Positions 32,773-45,549 of a stretch of DNA of 64,000 bases are shown one piece after another. Where the stretch lies: assembly GCF_009914755.1 (NCBI RefSeq), contig NC_060931.1. One strand, 5' to 3'. The stretch is from the human T2T-CHM13v2.0 reference genome, Homo sapiens. Within the stretch, counting starts at the first letter, position 1. Each line of letters begins with the position of its first letter. A model generated the notes under the pieces. That model had not been told where the DNA came from. It did not search any database and saw nothing but the letters and a program-made list of their open reading frames with translations. The position numbers were made by a program, and so were the translations under genes.

Positions 32773-35050
32773 TGTATTAGTTCATTCTCATGCTACTATG
32801 AGGAAATACCCAAGACTGGGTAATTTATAAAGGAATGAGTTTTAATTGACTCACAGTTCTGTATGGCTGGGGAGGCCTCAGAAAAACTACAGTCAAGGAA
32901 GAAGGTACCTCTTCACAGGGCGGCAGGAGAGAGAATGAGTGCCAGCAGGGGAAATGCCAGACACTTATAAAACCGTCACATCTCGTGAGACTTACTCATT
33001 ATCACAAGAACAGCATGGGGGAAACCACTCACATGATTCAATTACCACCCACAAGTCCCTTCCGTGACACATGGGGATTATGGAAACTACAATTCAAGAT
33101 GAGATTTGGGTGGGGACACAGAGCTAAACCATATCATTCTGCCCTTGACCCCTCCCAAATTTCATGTCCTCACATTTCAAAACACAATCATGCCCTTCCA
33201 ACAGCCCCCCAAAGTCTCAATGCATCCCACAATTTAACCAAAAAGTAAAAGTCCGAAGTCTTATCTAAGATAAGGCAAGTCCCTTCTGCCTATGAGCCTG
33301 TAAAATCAAAAGCAAGTTAGTTACTTCCTAGATACAGGCATTGCGTAAATACACCCATTCCAAATGGGAGAAATTGGCTAAAACAAAGAGGCTACAGGCA
33401 CCATGCATAGCTGAAATCCAACTGGGCAGTCATTCATTAAACCTTAAAGTTCCAAAATGATCTCCTTTGACTCCATGTCTCACATCCAGGTCACATTCAT
33501 GTGAGAGATGTGCTCCCACGGTCTTGGGCAGCTCCACCCCTGTGCCTTTGCAGGGTACAGTCCCTTTCCCAGCTACTTTCATGAGCTGGCATTGGGAGCC
33601 TGTGGCTTTTCCAGGTGCATGGTGCAAGCTATCAGTGGATCTACCATTCTGGGGTCTGGAGGATGTTGGCCCTCTTCTCATGGCTCCACTAGGCAGTGCC
33701 TCACTGGGGACTCTGTGTGGGGGCTCCAACCCCACATTTCCCTTCTGCACTGCCCTAGCAGAGGTTCTCCATGAGGACTCCATTCCTGTAGCAAACTTTT
33801 GCCTGGACATCCAGGTGTTTCCATACATCCTCTGAAATCTAGGCAGAGGCTCCCAAACCTCAATTCTTGACTTCTGTGCACCTGCAGGCTCTACAGCATG
33901 TGGTAGCTGCCAAGGCTTGGGGCTTGCACCCTCTGAAGCCATGGCCCAAGCTGTGCTTGGATCCCTTTTAGCCATGGCTGGAGTGGCTGGATTGCAGGGT
34001 GCCAGGTCCCTGGGCTGCACATAACAGGTGGACCCTGGGCCAGCCCAGGAAACCATTGTTTCCTCCTAGGCTTCCAGGCCTGTGATGAGAGGGGCTGCTG
34101 TGAAGGTCTCTGACATGGCCTGGAGACATTTTCCCCATTGTCTTAGTGATTAACATTCAGCATATGCAAATTTCTGCAGCAGGCCTAAATTTCTCCCCAG
34201 AAAATAGGGGAGAAAATGGGTTTTTATTTTCTATTTAGTCATCAGTCTGCATATTTTCCAAACTTTTATGCTCTTCTTTGTCTTGTATGCTTTGCCACTT
34301 AGAAATTGCTTCCACCAGATACCCTAAATCATCTCTCTCAAGCTCAAAGTTCCACAGATCTCTAAGGCAGGGCAAAATGCCACCAGTCTTTTTGCTAAAA
34401 CATAACAAGAGTCACCTTTGCTCCAGTTCCCAACAAGTTTCTCACCTCCATCTGAGACCACCTCAGCCTGGACTTTATTGTCCACATCAGTATGAGCATT
34501 TTGGTCAAAGCCATTCAACAAGTCTCTAGGAAGTTCCAAACATTCCCACATTTTCCTGTCTTTTTCTGAGCCCTCCAAATGGTTCCAACCTCTGCCTGTT
34601 ACCCAGCTCCAAAGTTGCTTCCACATTTTCAAGTATCTTTATAGCAGCACACCAATACTTCTGGTATGAATTTACTGTATTAGTCCATTCTCATGCTGGT
34701 ATGAAGAAATGCCAAAGACTAGGTAATTTATAAAGAAATACCCAAGACTAGGTAATTTAATTGACTTATAGTCAATTAAACATGGTTGGGGAGGCCTCAG
34801 GAGACTTACAATCATGGCTGAAGGCACCTCTTCACAGGGCAGCAAGAGAAAGAATGAGTGCCAGGAGGGGAAATGTCAGACACTTAAAACCATCAAATAT
34901 CATGATTCTCACTCATTATCATGAGAGCAACATGGGGGAAACTGCCCAATGATTCAATTACCTCCCACAAGGTCACTCCCACATGTGGGGATTATAAAAA
35001 CTACAATTCAAGGTGAGATTTGGATGGGGACACAGAGCCAAACCATATTA
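32773..35050 (-). mobile_element. Near-complete THE1 (THE1C/D-like) MaLR: LTR 32773-33136, internal 33137-34675, LTR 34676-35050
   Basis: Two similar tgtattag...aaaccatat(c/t)a LTRs flank a THE1 internal region; ORF 33430-34056 resembles the MaLR internal ORF (EVWEPLPRFQRMYG). Confidence 0.93.
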
Positions 35051-35664
35051 ATTTCCAAACTATAAATGATATTAATAAATTATTCCATATTCTCAACAGT
35101 GACTTAAAACAGGAAGACTTTCTGGGGATTGTGCAAATTTTAGAAGTTTAATTACATTTACTTATCATTTATGGAATTATAATTTATTAAGTCCCACAGT
35201 GCTTTGTATACATATTGAGTTAGGTAAGAGAGGTATAGAGTATAAAAAGGTGGGACAGGATACATGTGCCAAAAAAGTTAATTTTAATAGTTTGTAAATG
35301 TGGCACAAACTATTGGGAAATGGGAAATGGATCAGTATAGGAAACACATACACAATATAAACAAGCTCAAAGTAATTGAAATTTGAAATTGGTGTATCAG
35401 CTTCTGCTGCCTCACCACTTCATCAATAAGACCTGTGAACTGAGAAACAGGCTCTTAAAAGGGTTTTCTGCTTGTACTATTTCATTTTTTCCCCATCTTC
35501 CACTCAGTCTTTACCTGGGAGAAGAGTGATGATTAAAGATAAAATTCAATCCCCTTTTTGCTTAGAATAACCTAAAAGACACATGATTTTTGCCCTGCCT
35601 CCCCTCTGACCTCTTCTACCACTCGTCCTATTTCGTACTCTTCTCAACTACTCCATCTTCTTTC

Positions 35665-36116
35665 TGTTGTAAAATGTGATTTACTAAACAGCATCACCCT
35701 GGGTCAGAGCTCTAAAATAGAGTGGGAATCCCTTCTAAAGAAGAATCCCTGCATAACCTGAAACCTGGCAAAACAGGAACTTGCCTCGAACCTTTGAACT
35801 GGGCAAGATTACCACACCCGCAATATCCTAGAAAAAAGCTAAATCTTTCCAGGTCTGCAACTCCTGAACAGCAACAATCAATGAGCTGTGGACTCAAGTC
35901 CTAAGCCAGCCGCCTCCACCAATGATAATTCTTTCAAAACAACTTGTGTAATCATCCTCATCACTCTTCTAAAAATCCCTATACCCCTTCTTCTTTTTGG
36001 AACACAATTTGGCTTCTAGTCACATCTGTGTCTAGTAAATTGCAATTCCCAAGACCCCAATAAACACCTCATCTTACTGCTTTGCAGTCTGGTCTTTGGC
36101 TTCTTCATGACTGTCA
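35665..36116 (+). mobile_element. Old ERV1-class LTR, family uncertain
   Basis: TG..CA ends, ccaatg box, TATA-like ctaaaaatccc, aattgcaattcc..agaccccAATAAA. Confidence 0.55.
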
Positions 36117-36189
36117 CTATTGTGTTATAGTTTCTGCTAAGCACTCTTCCCACAGCACACAGAGTCCTTCTTACTAGCTCCCCTTAGAC

Positions 36190-36445
36190 ACCTTCCTGGC
36201 CATCCTAGTTTCTACAGACTCTTGTTCTGCCACACTGTTGCATCCCTCGTAGCAGTTTTCACGACCTAAACTTACTGTGCTCATTTACCTGTTTAAGTGC
36301 ACATGGTCCACCTTCCTATCTGAAACTTAGTCTCTACATACACAGGGAACTTCTTGTTCTCATCCCTTCAGTTTCCACGATACACAGAGCTTTGCCAGAC
36401 ACATAGCTAACATTAAATAAGAAGTGATTGTGTGAACAAAGGAAT
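36190..36445 (+). mobile_element. L2 3' end
   Basis: cacagagctttgcc...acatag..aacattaaata...ttgtgtgaa pattern. Confidence 0.5.
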
Positions 36446-36857
36446 TTATTTTAATTACAAAATATTATTTCTCTGAACTCCTTCTTCCTAAATTCTTTAG
36501 TGAGTTCACCAGTGAATTATTTAAAAAAAATTTAACATTTCACATTTCCAAAGTAAATGAAACTATTTTTATTCCTATCCTTGGCTTTATGATAATGAAA
36601 ATGGAACTAGAAAGGCCAAGAGTGGTGGAAGTATTACGTCTGGTCCTTCTAACACCTTTTGTAATGTCTAAGTGTTGAGGAGCTTATGCTGTGCAAGTGC
36701 AACCTTGTTCTCTTCAAAACAAACCAAAAGCAATCACACTTCTGCTCTATGTAGCTTACCATAATCCTGTGACAATGCACAGTAGTATACAGTCTTTGGT
36801 CTTTGGTGTGCACCAGAATCACAAATGGAGTTTAATCAAAAGGAACCAACCTGGTCA

Positions 36858-37365
36858 TCTAGCCATGAAAAGACATGGAGGAACCTTAAGTGCATATTAC
36901 AAAGTGAAAGAAATCAAAAGGTTGCATATTGAATGGTTCCAATTGCATGACATTCTGGAAAATAAAAACTATGCAGACAGTAAAAAGATTGTACAGCATT
37001 TTTTTGTGGATTAGCAGGGAGGGAGAGAAGGAGAGGCAGAACACAGAGGACTTTTAGGGCAATGGAACCACTCTGTATGATGCCACCTTGGTGGATATGT
37101 GTCATGACACTTTTGCCCAAACCCATAGGATGTACAGCACCAAGAGTGAACCCTGATGAAACCTATGGACTCTGGTGATGATGGGGTGTCACTGTGGGTT
37201 CACTGACTGTAACAAATGTACCATTCTGGTGGGGATGTTGATAAGGGAGGGGGCTGTGCATGTGTGGGGCCTGGGAGTATCCAAGAAACCTCTGTACCTG
37301 CCTCTCAATTTTGCTGTGAACCTAACAGTACTTTTAAAAAGTAGAATGTCTTAAATAAATAAAAA
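36858..37365 (+). mobile_element. L1MC1-like 3' end
   Basis: gccatgaaaagacatggaggaaccttaa; caccaagagtgaaccct; tgtaacaaatgtacca.tctggtggggatgttgata; caattttgctgtgaacctaa. Confidence 0.88.
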
Positions 37366-38554
37366 TTATCAGGAACAAAAACACAACAAAAAAGGAATTG
37401 CCCCAGTCTCCTCTCCTGGGTATTCAGCCAACTTCAGGGGGATTCAGCCCCTCTGTAAATTGACTGTGTTGCACAGATGAATTGATTTACACAAGAGGTT
37501 GGGAACCACCTCCTAAGAGATCACAGCTTCTTCACAAGGGGATTGTTGGTAACCACGAATTCCCTGCTCAGCTCGCCATTGTCAGAGATGGCATTAGCTG
37601 AATTCAAAGGAAGTTGAGCCTTTGGACCATATGATCTTTAGTGACAATTTCAACTTTGAGGTTTTAGAAGTATATGAACAAAAATTTGAAATGTTTAAAT
37701 ATAACTTAAATATAATTTAGTGATAGTGCTATTAGGCATTATAAATCCCAGAGGTTAATGTAGAAGTGTTTTCCTCCAAAAACAAAATTTCATTTTTGAG
37801 AAATGAGGGTCCCTAAAAACTTAAATACTTTGCTTAAGTCCCCACAGCCAGTCAGCCACTCAGCCACTCTGCTATAGAATTTCTCCCAGATCCTTTCACT
37901 AATATTTTTAAAACCTATGTCAGATTCCTGTCTCTTGAAAAGACTATACTTATTCACCAGTTATGTGAAGCAGCACTGTGAAATAAAACTCTGAATCTAG
38001 GTAATGCACTGAATTTCAAAGTGTTTAACTTTACTATTGGTAGAAAGTTTATGTTATTTGGGATTAGAAGTCATAGTGCTATCGATGAGATTTGTTGTTG
38101 GAAAAGAATCCCATGGCTTGTTTCTGAGCTTAATCGTTGCCTCCAGAGCTTCCCCACAAGAGCAACGTGCTGCAAGGCTGTGGTGCAGCTGCAGGGCCCG
38201 GCTGTGTCTGCTCCCTCTGTGCCTCCTATACCTGCAGATCCTTCACAGTTACTGTCTCACTGCTCTGTCACTTTAAAGCACAAATCTATATACATGTATT
38301 CTGCTTTTTCACATTCTTATTCCTAAACATTCATAGTAGGCTGCTTAGCAACCAGAAAAGTTATGGTTTTGAATTTTTTTTCTGAAATAAGTGTAATCTC
38401 CATTTCCTGAGAGTGGTTGAATCTGATAGCAACTTCTTTCTTTATTCTCTGAGAGGCACACAACATCAGTTATAATTTCTCTTTTCAGGAATAAGGGAGG
38501 AAAGATAGAAATCTTTGTTTTTTACATGATTTTTTTAAATTATAAAAACATATT

Positions 38555-40035
38555 AAAACACTGGGTCTGAACTGACGCTATTCTAGGCGATACAAAACAT
38601 CATGTGGCCCTCCAGTCACAGTAGTGGCTTACAGAGATCAGGTGACCAACAGATTATTAGCTAGGGTCCAACTCACAGTGAGCCCAGGGTGCCCCCAAAC
38701 CCACACCGTGGTTATTTCTGAAGTTTCAGAATGCATAATTAGAATAGACATACTTAACAATAAACAGAATCTCCACATTGCTCTGTGATCTTTGAAATGG
38801 GGACTCATGAGGAAAATGGCCAAGTGGAAGTCATTAAAACCACCTCTAATCTGAAATATAGCAAACTAAAACCACCAAGCTGAAAGCAGTACCTTCTTGT
38901 AGGGATTGCAGAGATTAATGCCACCATCAAGGACTTGAAAGAGTTGGGGATAATGATTTCCACCTCATCCCCATTCCTCTCTCCTCTTTAGCCTGTGCAG
39001 AAGACAGATGGATCTTGGAAAATGACATTGGAATATCATAAGCTGAACAAAAAGGTGAACTTTAATTGTGGCAGCTGTACCAGATGTGATTTTATTTTTC
39101 AAACAATTTAACACCTACCCTGGCATCTTACATGCAGGTATTGATCTAGAAAAAGCCCTTTTTTCCATCCCTGCTTCTAAGGCTCATGAGAAGCAGTTTG
39201 CTTTCATTTGGCATGGACAGCAATATACCTCACTGTCCTACCTCAGGGGTATATCAGCTTTCCAGCACTCTGTCACAATCTAGTTTGCAGAGATCTTGAT
39301 TGCCTTTCTCTTTCAGATGATAGCACACTAGTCCATTACATTGATGACATTAAGTTGATTAGACCTACTGAGCAAGAAATGACAGCTACCCTAGACTTAT
39401 TTTTAAGACATTTGCATGCCAGTGGATGGAAAATAAATCTGATTAAATTTCAAGGGACTTCTACTCCAGTGAAATTTCTAGGGGTCCATCAGTGTGTGAT
39501 ATGTCAAGATAGCCCCAGTAAGGTAAAGAATGATTTACAGCATCTAGCTCCTCCTACAACCAAAAAGAAGGCACAAAGTCCAGCTGAGGAGCTTGCTGAA
39601 GGCACAGGGAATACACAATGGGTGGTGGAAGATGGTAGTTACAGACAACAGCTTTGACCATGTAACCAGTTACAGAAATGAGGACTGCAATTGTCATGAT
39701 TCCTCCTCACTTTGTTATAAATATGTCTGTGTGTGTATTAATCTATCTATCAACATTTTGTCTTTTCCCCTCTTTTATCCCTCTATTATGTAACATAAGA
39801 GATACTGACTTTATACCATAATGGTGAAGCATTGTTAACTTTACATCAAAGTATCCATTACAGGATACCAAGGAGAAGACTGAGCATCACCCAAAGGCTT
39901 GGCATACTCTCTGGGTTGTATGCAGGAAGGCTGTGTCACCTTAGGTGCAGGTATGACATGGTTACTGTTTTCATTTGGAGATTAAGTATGGTTTAAGGAG
40001 ATGCATCTGGGTGCCACATTGCCAAGGGATGTATT
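38555..40035 (+). mobile_element. ERVL (HERVL-like) internal fragment: decayed pro/RT joined by a large deletion to the internal 3' end
   Basis: RT motifs AGIDLEKALFSIP, TVLPQGY and LVHYIDDI. After PPTTKKKAQ the sequence jumps to PAEELAEGTGNTQWVVEDGSY. Stops and frameshifts present. Confidence 0.9.
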
Positions 40036-40417
40036 TGTGAAGTTAATTTTATGTGTCAATTTGGAAAGTGTTTTTGGATAAGATTAACATTTAAATCAGT
40101 AAACTCTTGGTTAAAGCAGATTGCCCTCTATAAGGTGGGAGGCCCTCATCCAATTAGTTGAGGACCTAAATAGAACACAAAGACCAGTTTACTGAGCAAG
40201 AGGGAATTCTCTAGCAGATAGCCTTCAGGTGTCAATCATACCTCGGGCTGTCCTGGGTTATTGACTGTCAGTCTTCATACTAGAACTGCATCAACTTGCA
40301 GATTTGGGACTTTTCAGTCTCAATAATGACACAAGCCAATTGCTTAAAATAAATCTCTTTCTTTGGATATGCATATCCTATTGGTTCTGGTTCTCTAGAA
40401 AATCTTGACTAATCTAT
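40036..40417 (+). mobile_element. MLT2 (C/D-like) 3' LTR of the ERVL
   Basis: gttaattttatgtgtcaa start, aaagcagattgccctc, AATAAA, tcctattggttctg..tctctaga.aa.c.tgactaa end. Confidence 0.88.
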
Positions 40418-42689
40418 TACCCCACACCAACAACATCTCTCAGAGTGCCGCCAATGAGGATTCTTTTAACTCTTTTTTCAAACTCCTGCATGATTGTAAG
40501 ACAGAAAGCTCACATGGGTTAAATAAAAACTAAGGCCCGGTTTTTGTGAACCAGAGCAGTGTTGCCATAAATAGCAAGTGTTTGAAATCTATGGTTGCAA
40601 ATGTTTTCTGTGTGTGTGCATGCATGTGCACTTGATTATGATGAAAGCCACTTCAGCATTAGCTAGGGATGAGACTGAAACTTCACAATTTAAATTCCTC
40701 AAATTTGAAATGTGTCAAAACAATCTCTGATTTAATTAAGTTTTATCAATTAACAGTACTTTTGTTCTTAGAGGTTTATATGTAATGTCAGGAAATGGAA
40801 ATTTATTTTTGATCAATAAATTATTAAAGAGAGAATATTAACTAAAGAATATAGTCTTAAGTAGTAGACTCTTGTTTTAATTAATAAAGCTACGAGTTAA
40901 ATAGCTTAGGATTCATTTCCACTTATTCATTTCCACAAATTGTCTTGCTTATGACCATGCCAATCCTGCAACATGACTTAAATATTAAAAGAGTCATTGT
41001 CTTGAAAATTTTGCATTTACTTCACAATTAAAAAATAAAATAGGACCCCTTTTTTTCTGTTCAGTTGTAAAGAACAGTTGAGCATCAAAGTATGGTAACA
41101 TTTTCTTACTTTCAATTAAAATTTCAGTAGAAGCTGTTACTGGAGTATGTTAGATATCAAGTCAATGAAGATTGATTAAATCCATGGCTCTGTATAGATT
41201 CTGGGTGAAATTTAATAGTAACAAGGTGTAATCCTAAATTAAAAACAATAGAGTTCTTTAAATATTATAAACATTTTAAAGTCAGGGAAAGAGTCTCCTT
41301 AAGTCTTACAGTGTTCCACTGCAGTGGATAGGTTTCAGGCATGTGAAGCATAATGATTGCACATTAGACATTTTGCAGGCCTTATAGTTTATCATGGCCA
41401 CCTCGGGAAATTAGCCAAAGACGCTGAAAGAAAACTAAATCTGGAATTTCAAAGTAGCGGATTTTTCACAAGATGTTGATGTCAGGAGGAAATCTTCTTA
41501 AGAAAAACAGTAAACAGTAAATTTTAAAAGAAAATAGGGTTTCAGGAAACTGTAGAATAAAAAGTGTGGCTGCCTTTTAGTTTGCAAGTGAACACCGAGT
41601 GCACGATGTATTAGTAATGCAAGTTGAATCCAGCATACAGCCTAATAGAACAAAAGCAACTTGCTTTATCTGACTAATTGGGGCATAAATAATTATAATG
41701 ATCAGCCTTGTAGAAAATAAAAAAGACTCATTAAAGGCAGGGTGTGAACAGGAGTGCAATGTTAATTTGGTTAACATTCCTAAACCCATATTGATTTTTA
41801 AATTGCCATTCTCGAATGTCCAAAGTTCAAGAATCCAGAAAAACTTGGCATAGTCCTCAGCGTTTACATTCCACAATTAACAAGCTTGATTCTTTTAAGG
41901 AAATTAGACTTCAGTGAAAGTTAAGTGAACTTCAGAGGTTAAAATTAATGAGGAGCAAGGAATTTATAATATCTATAGGCAAAGATCCTTGAGGGGAATA
42001 TGAACACTTGGGAAGCAAAGTACACCAGTTAGGATGTAGGGTGACCCGACTTGGGGTGTATTCGAATGTCTAAAAAGACCTCAAGTTGATTTGACGACTA
42101 GAATTCCACCAGGGAAAAATAGTCCTTATCTTAAACTTTTCAAGTTGGCTTAAGTGCAAATCACTCCTATCAGTGATGTCACAACCATTGCACCTTGGCA
42201 GGCTGAATTTCATGCTTTCTTTGAACTAGTTTGATAAGAAGCAAACATTTGATGGGTGTGTGCCTAAGGACAGGCAGGCAAGGAAGAGAAGGAGGAAAAA
42301 CTCAGTACGAAAATAATTTCCCTACTTCCTATTTTCCTACTTTGCCTTGGGCTGAAGATGTTAAAATTGTAACATGGAAATCAGAACTATCTGTTGACAG
42401 GATAAGTTAGTGAAATGGACAGAATTCATCAACAGAAATAATGAATTTTAGAACCTGCCTTAAATCATGGAAAAAAAAATATATAGGATGCCTACTTTTC
42501 TTGACAGAGAGATGATATATTGTATTTTAAAGCTTAGGTATTTCCTGACATTTTCTTTTCCTTGAACATATTTTTCATTAGTGCTACCATAGTGTATATT
42601 CAGATTTTTGAGGCTAATTTACAAAGAAAGATGCTCTAAAAAGTTTAATAATATACAATAATGCTTATCACAAGATGGCCTGATACTTT

Positions 42690-42934
42690 GCAGTGCCGCA
42701 ATCTTGGCTCACTGCAACCTCCACCTCCTGGGTTCAAGCGATTCTCCTGCCTCAGCCTCCTGAGTAGCTGGGACTACAGGAGCCCGCTACCATGCCCTGC
42801 TAATTTTTGCATTTTTAGTAGAGATGAGGTTTTGCCATGTTGGCCAGGCTGGTCTTGAACTGCTGACCTCATGATCCACCTGCCTCGGCCTCCCAAAGTG
42901 CTGGGATTACAGGTGTGAGCCACCGTGCCTGGCC
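42690..42934 (-). mobile_element. 3'-truncated, tail-less AluS with TSDs
   Basis: Alu stops at ...GCACTGC; flanks are gatggcctgatacttt (42674-42689) and aatggtctgatacttt (42935-42950). Confidence 0.9.
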
Positions 42935-43202
42935 AATGGTCTGATACTTTCTAGTAGAAAAAAATTCTCATTAACTCATTGTTCAATGTGATTCTGGAAA
43001 TGTGGAAAACTAAAACTTGAGCTTCTGGCTGAGGGAAAAAAAAGGTAATTATTTTGCTTCATGGAGTTCATTTTTGTGAAGAAAACAGTCCCTATTTGTT
43101 TACCAATTCTTTTGGTGTACAAATCCACCTATACATTGTTGAAATGCTTGGCCAAGAGCTATGAGCAGAATGACACTAATTATTACTAAAGAAGTTGAAA
43201 CT

Positions 43203-44110
43203 TGTAAACCAAAAATAAAATTCTAAGCACTTGATTTGATGAGTAGAATTCCACCAGGGAAAAATAGTCCTTATCTTAAACTGGCCCCCAACTGAAGGGG
43301 CCTCTCCTTTCTGCCAAAGACAATCCAAAGTTAACCTGTAAATCAAGTTCAGGCCATAATAATTAGGGGGAGCAGTACCTGTCCCATTATACCCTCCTTG
43401 TTTACAATTCAGGCACAACTGACCAACATTAATGTTAGAGCCGAGATCTTAAGACTGACAAACAGAATCTTCATGGCAATAAGACACCAACATGACAGAG
43501 AGTAGGCCCTGAAAGAAATCAAAGCATTTTACCCAAATATATTTTTTGACATTTTTGAAATGGCTCTGCAAGACTCTCTCTTGTGGGGAAAATCTGCATT
43601 CTGTGGAGATCCACCTTTCCCTTCCAGGGCCTTTCCCTGATCCAGGAGAGTATGAACTAAGAGCTTGGCATCTTTTTAAGTCTGATAAGAAACATTAATA
43701 ATCTATTCTCCCTGAAGCCTGCCACCTGGAGGCCTCATCTGCATGATAAAAACCTTGGTCTTCACTACCCCTTATCGTAACCCAGATATTCCTTTCTACT
43801 GATTCCAGGTCTTTAGATAATAATTTAACTATTTCAATCAATTGCCAATCAGAAAATCTTTGAATCCACCTGTGACCTGGAAGGCCACACTTTGAGTTGT
43901 CCCTCTTTTCCAGACTGAACCAGTGTACACCTTACATGTATTGATTAATGTCTTATGTCTCTCTAAAACTTACAAAACCAAGTTGTAGCCCAACAACCTT
44001 GGGCACATGTTCTCAGGAGACCCTGAAACTGTGTCATGTCTCATAGTTCTCATATTTGACCCAGAATAATTCTCCTCAAATGTTTTACAGTTTTACCCTT
44101 TTTGTTGACA
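43203..44110 (+). mobile_element. MER4D-like solo LTR (ERV1) carrying a 52-bp foreign insert
   Basis: TGTAAACCAAAAATAAAATTCTAAG start, TTGACA end, TSD aact (43199-43202, 44111-44114). Confidence 0.88.
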
Positions 44111-44266
44111 AACTCTTGTTGAGAACTTCCATCTGGACCAAGGTCATCTATAAAACAAATGCCTTAGTAGTGACATGGAAACAGAAGAGCAATAAAATAC
44201 TTAGAACAAAGCCTGGCATATAATATACACTTTGCAATGTCTGTAATCATTGGCTTCTAGTGTACC

Positions 44267-44820
44267 TGTTACCAGAAAGGGGTCCCGATCCAGACCCCAA
44301 GAGAGGGTTCTTGGATCTCTCTCAAGAAATAATTCAGGGCAAGTCCACAGTGCAAAGTGAAAGCAAATTTATTAAGAAAGTAAAGGAATAAAAGAATTGC
44401 TACTCCATAAACAGAGCAGCCCTGAGGGCTGCTGGTTGCCCATTTTTATGGTTATTTCTTGATGATATGCTAAACAAGCGGTGGATTATTCATCTCTCCC
44501 CTTTTAAGACCATATAGAGTAATTTCCTGACGTTGCCATGGCATTTGCAAACCGTCATGGCACTGATGGGAGTGCAGCAGTGAGGACAGCCAGAGGTCAC
44601 TCCTGTGGCCATTTTGGTTTTGGTTGGTTTTGGCTGGGTCTTTTACTGCAACCTGTTTTATCAGCAAGGCCTTTATGACCTGTACTTTGTGCTGACCTCC
44701 TATCTCATCCTGTGACATAGAATGCCTTAACCATCTGGGAATGCAGCCCTGTAGGTTTCAGCCTCATTTTACGCAGCTCCTGTTTAAGATGGAATTGCTC
44801 TGGTTCACATGCCCCTGACA
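44267..44820 (-). mobile_element. MER41A solo LTR inserted in an L1PB/L1MA 3' fragment (~44250-44960)
   Basis: 554 bp. Minus strand TGTCAGGGGCATGTGAACCAGAGCAA...CTTTCTGGTAACA; TSD tacc (44263-44266, 44821-44824). Confidence 0.92.
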
Positions 44821-45344
44821 TACCCATCATCCAAGTATTAAATGTTGTATCCAATAGACAATTGTTTAACCCTCACCCTTCTCTCCCTTCCCTCCCTTTC
44901 CACTTTTGAAGTCCCTAGAGTCTGTTCTTTCTATCCTTATATCCACATGTACCCTTTGTGTGTATTAATTGGAAATGGTTGTTTTGTCTTTTTTTGTACT
45001 GATCTCAGATGAGACCACTGATGAGTAGGCAGACAAGGCCCTGCCCACAGGCTCTCTGGGTTTCAAATGTCTGAATGTTAGTTGGATTTTTATTTCTAGG
45101 CATGATCAGACTATTGTCAACTAGATAAAAGCATTTAAGAGTTTGTTTTGTCCAGATTTTATGGTCTTTATGGTGGATAACCGTGTTCCACCTGAACATA
45201 TGTCTTGTCCATTTTCTAGAACAAGCAATTCTGAACATTCTGCAAGCCAGCGGCAGATGTGTAGAGGTAAAATTCCCTACCCTCTTGGATTACTGTCTTA
45301 AGCTGCATCCTAGCATCCATGAAATAAGAGACACAAACAATACT

Positions 45345-45525
45345 ATTTGAACTTTAATGTGTACACAGATCACCTGGAAAGCATGTTAAAATGCAGATCC
45401 TAACCTAGTAAAATACTCATAAATCTCACATCCTGCATTTCTAATAATTCCCCAGGTGATGCTGATGACACTGGCCTAGGGGTATGGCAGGTAGCTGGCA
45501 GGCAAAGTCAGAGTAGCAAGGGTGT
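45345..45525. mobile_element. MER5A-type hAT MITE
   Basis: atcacctgg...gttaaaatgcagat...ctgcatttctaa.aa.tccccaggtgatgctgatg. Confidence 0.75.
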
Positions 45526-45549
45526 ATTCTTTTTTCTAGTATTAGGTCA

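Noticed and set aside
33430-34056. 208-aa ORF, the longest in the window
   Set aside because: Remnant of the THE1 internal ORF; flanking parts are disrupted.
44267-44820. MER41 as an interferon-inducible STAT1 enhancer
   Set aside because: This copy is MER41A-type and I see no tandem TTCNNNGAA GAS block of the MER41B kind.
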